Origin: Candidatus Binatia bacterium
Lineage (GTDB): Bacteria; Desulfobacterota; Binatia; HRBIN30
NCBI GenBank assembly: GCA_038245295.1
Contig: JBBRSP010000001.1
Coordinates: forward strand, 288,001-352,000
Reading direction: 5' to 3'
Length of the DNA stretch: 64,000 nt
Shown here: piece by piece, positions 63,889 through 64,000 of the stretch
Layout of the letters: every line of letters starts with the position of its first letter
Numbering within the stretch: position 1 is the stretch's first letter
The notes under the pieces: model-generated
Database searches by the model: none
Seen by the model: only the letters and a program-made list of their open reading frames with translations
Told to the model about the DNA's origin: nothing
Position numbers and translations under genes: made by a program

Positions 63889-64000
63889 GAAATCAACGTG
63901 CAGAGGATCGAGGCAACAATCGGCGCGAGGCTACGGGTCCTAAGCTGCGGACGACGTCGTGACCTTGGTGGTGCGCGGTCTGCGCTTTGGCACCGCGTGT

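Noticed and set aside
63930..64000. Possible 3' end of an upstream minus-strand gene
   Set aside because: Too little sequence to assign frame or product

Overview
GC-rich (roughly mid-60s %, by eye) bacterial chromosomal window from a diderm organism. The gene set (OmpA, TolC, Tat-exported multicopper oxidases, F420-dependent Ddn-type reductase, TMTC-like glycosyltransferases) would fit a deltaproteobacterial/Candidatus Binatia-like lineage; that is inference only. Left half: a partial HEAT-repeat gene, a TMTC-like GT-C/TPR protein, a minus-strand run GT2 - hypothetical - SPL-like radical SAM - murI - secA (with a very large helical insertion) - argJ, lipid/redox enzymes, a secreted protein carrying GH82 iota-carrageenase-like catalytic motifs, OmpA behind a sigma54-type promoter, and an Mla/Pqi-type ABC operon continuing into an M16 peptidase pair and a second TMTC-like gene. 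Centre (32.4-51.5 kb): a copper-resistance island (CusCBA-type RND pump, two multicopper oxidases, a second TolC, a P1B-1 ATPase and several small His/Met/Cys-rich proteins) with no recognisable transcription factor. The strongest signal is that both efflux operons start with a small exported Cys/His-rich leader ORF ending P-x7-L-x-I-TGA, followed 4 nt later by a sequence complementary to the Shine-Dalgarno of the next gene: a likely metal-sensing ribosome-stalling switch related to CutF/CruR. Right part: a cytochrome c/pseudo-HtrA fusion, S1P-lyase-like and fatty-acid-hydroxylase genes with TetR, MscS, GFA, ABC-F and a tetraheme cytochrome c. No rRNA, tRNA, CRISPR array, integrase or transposase was recognised; several REP-like intergenic repeats are present. 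All family calls are from motif recognition, not database searches.
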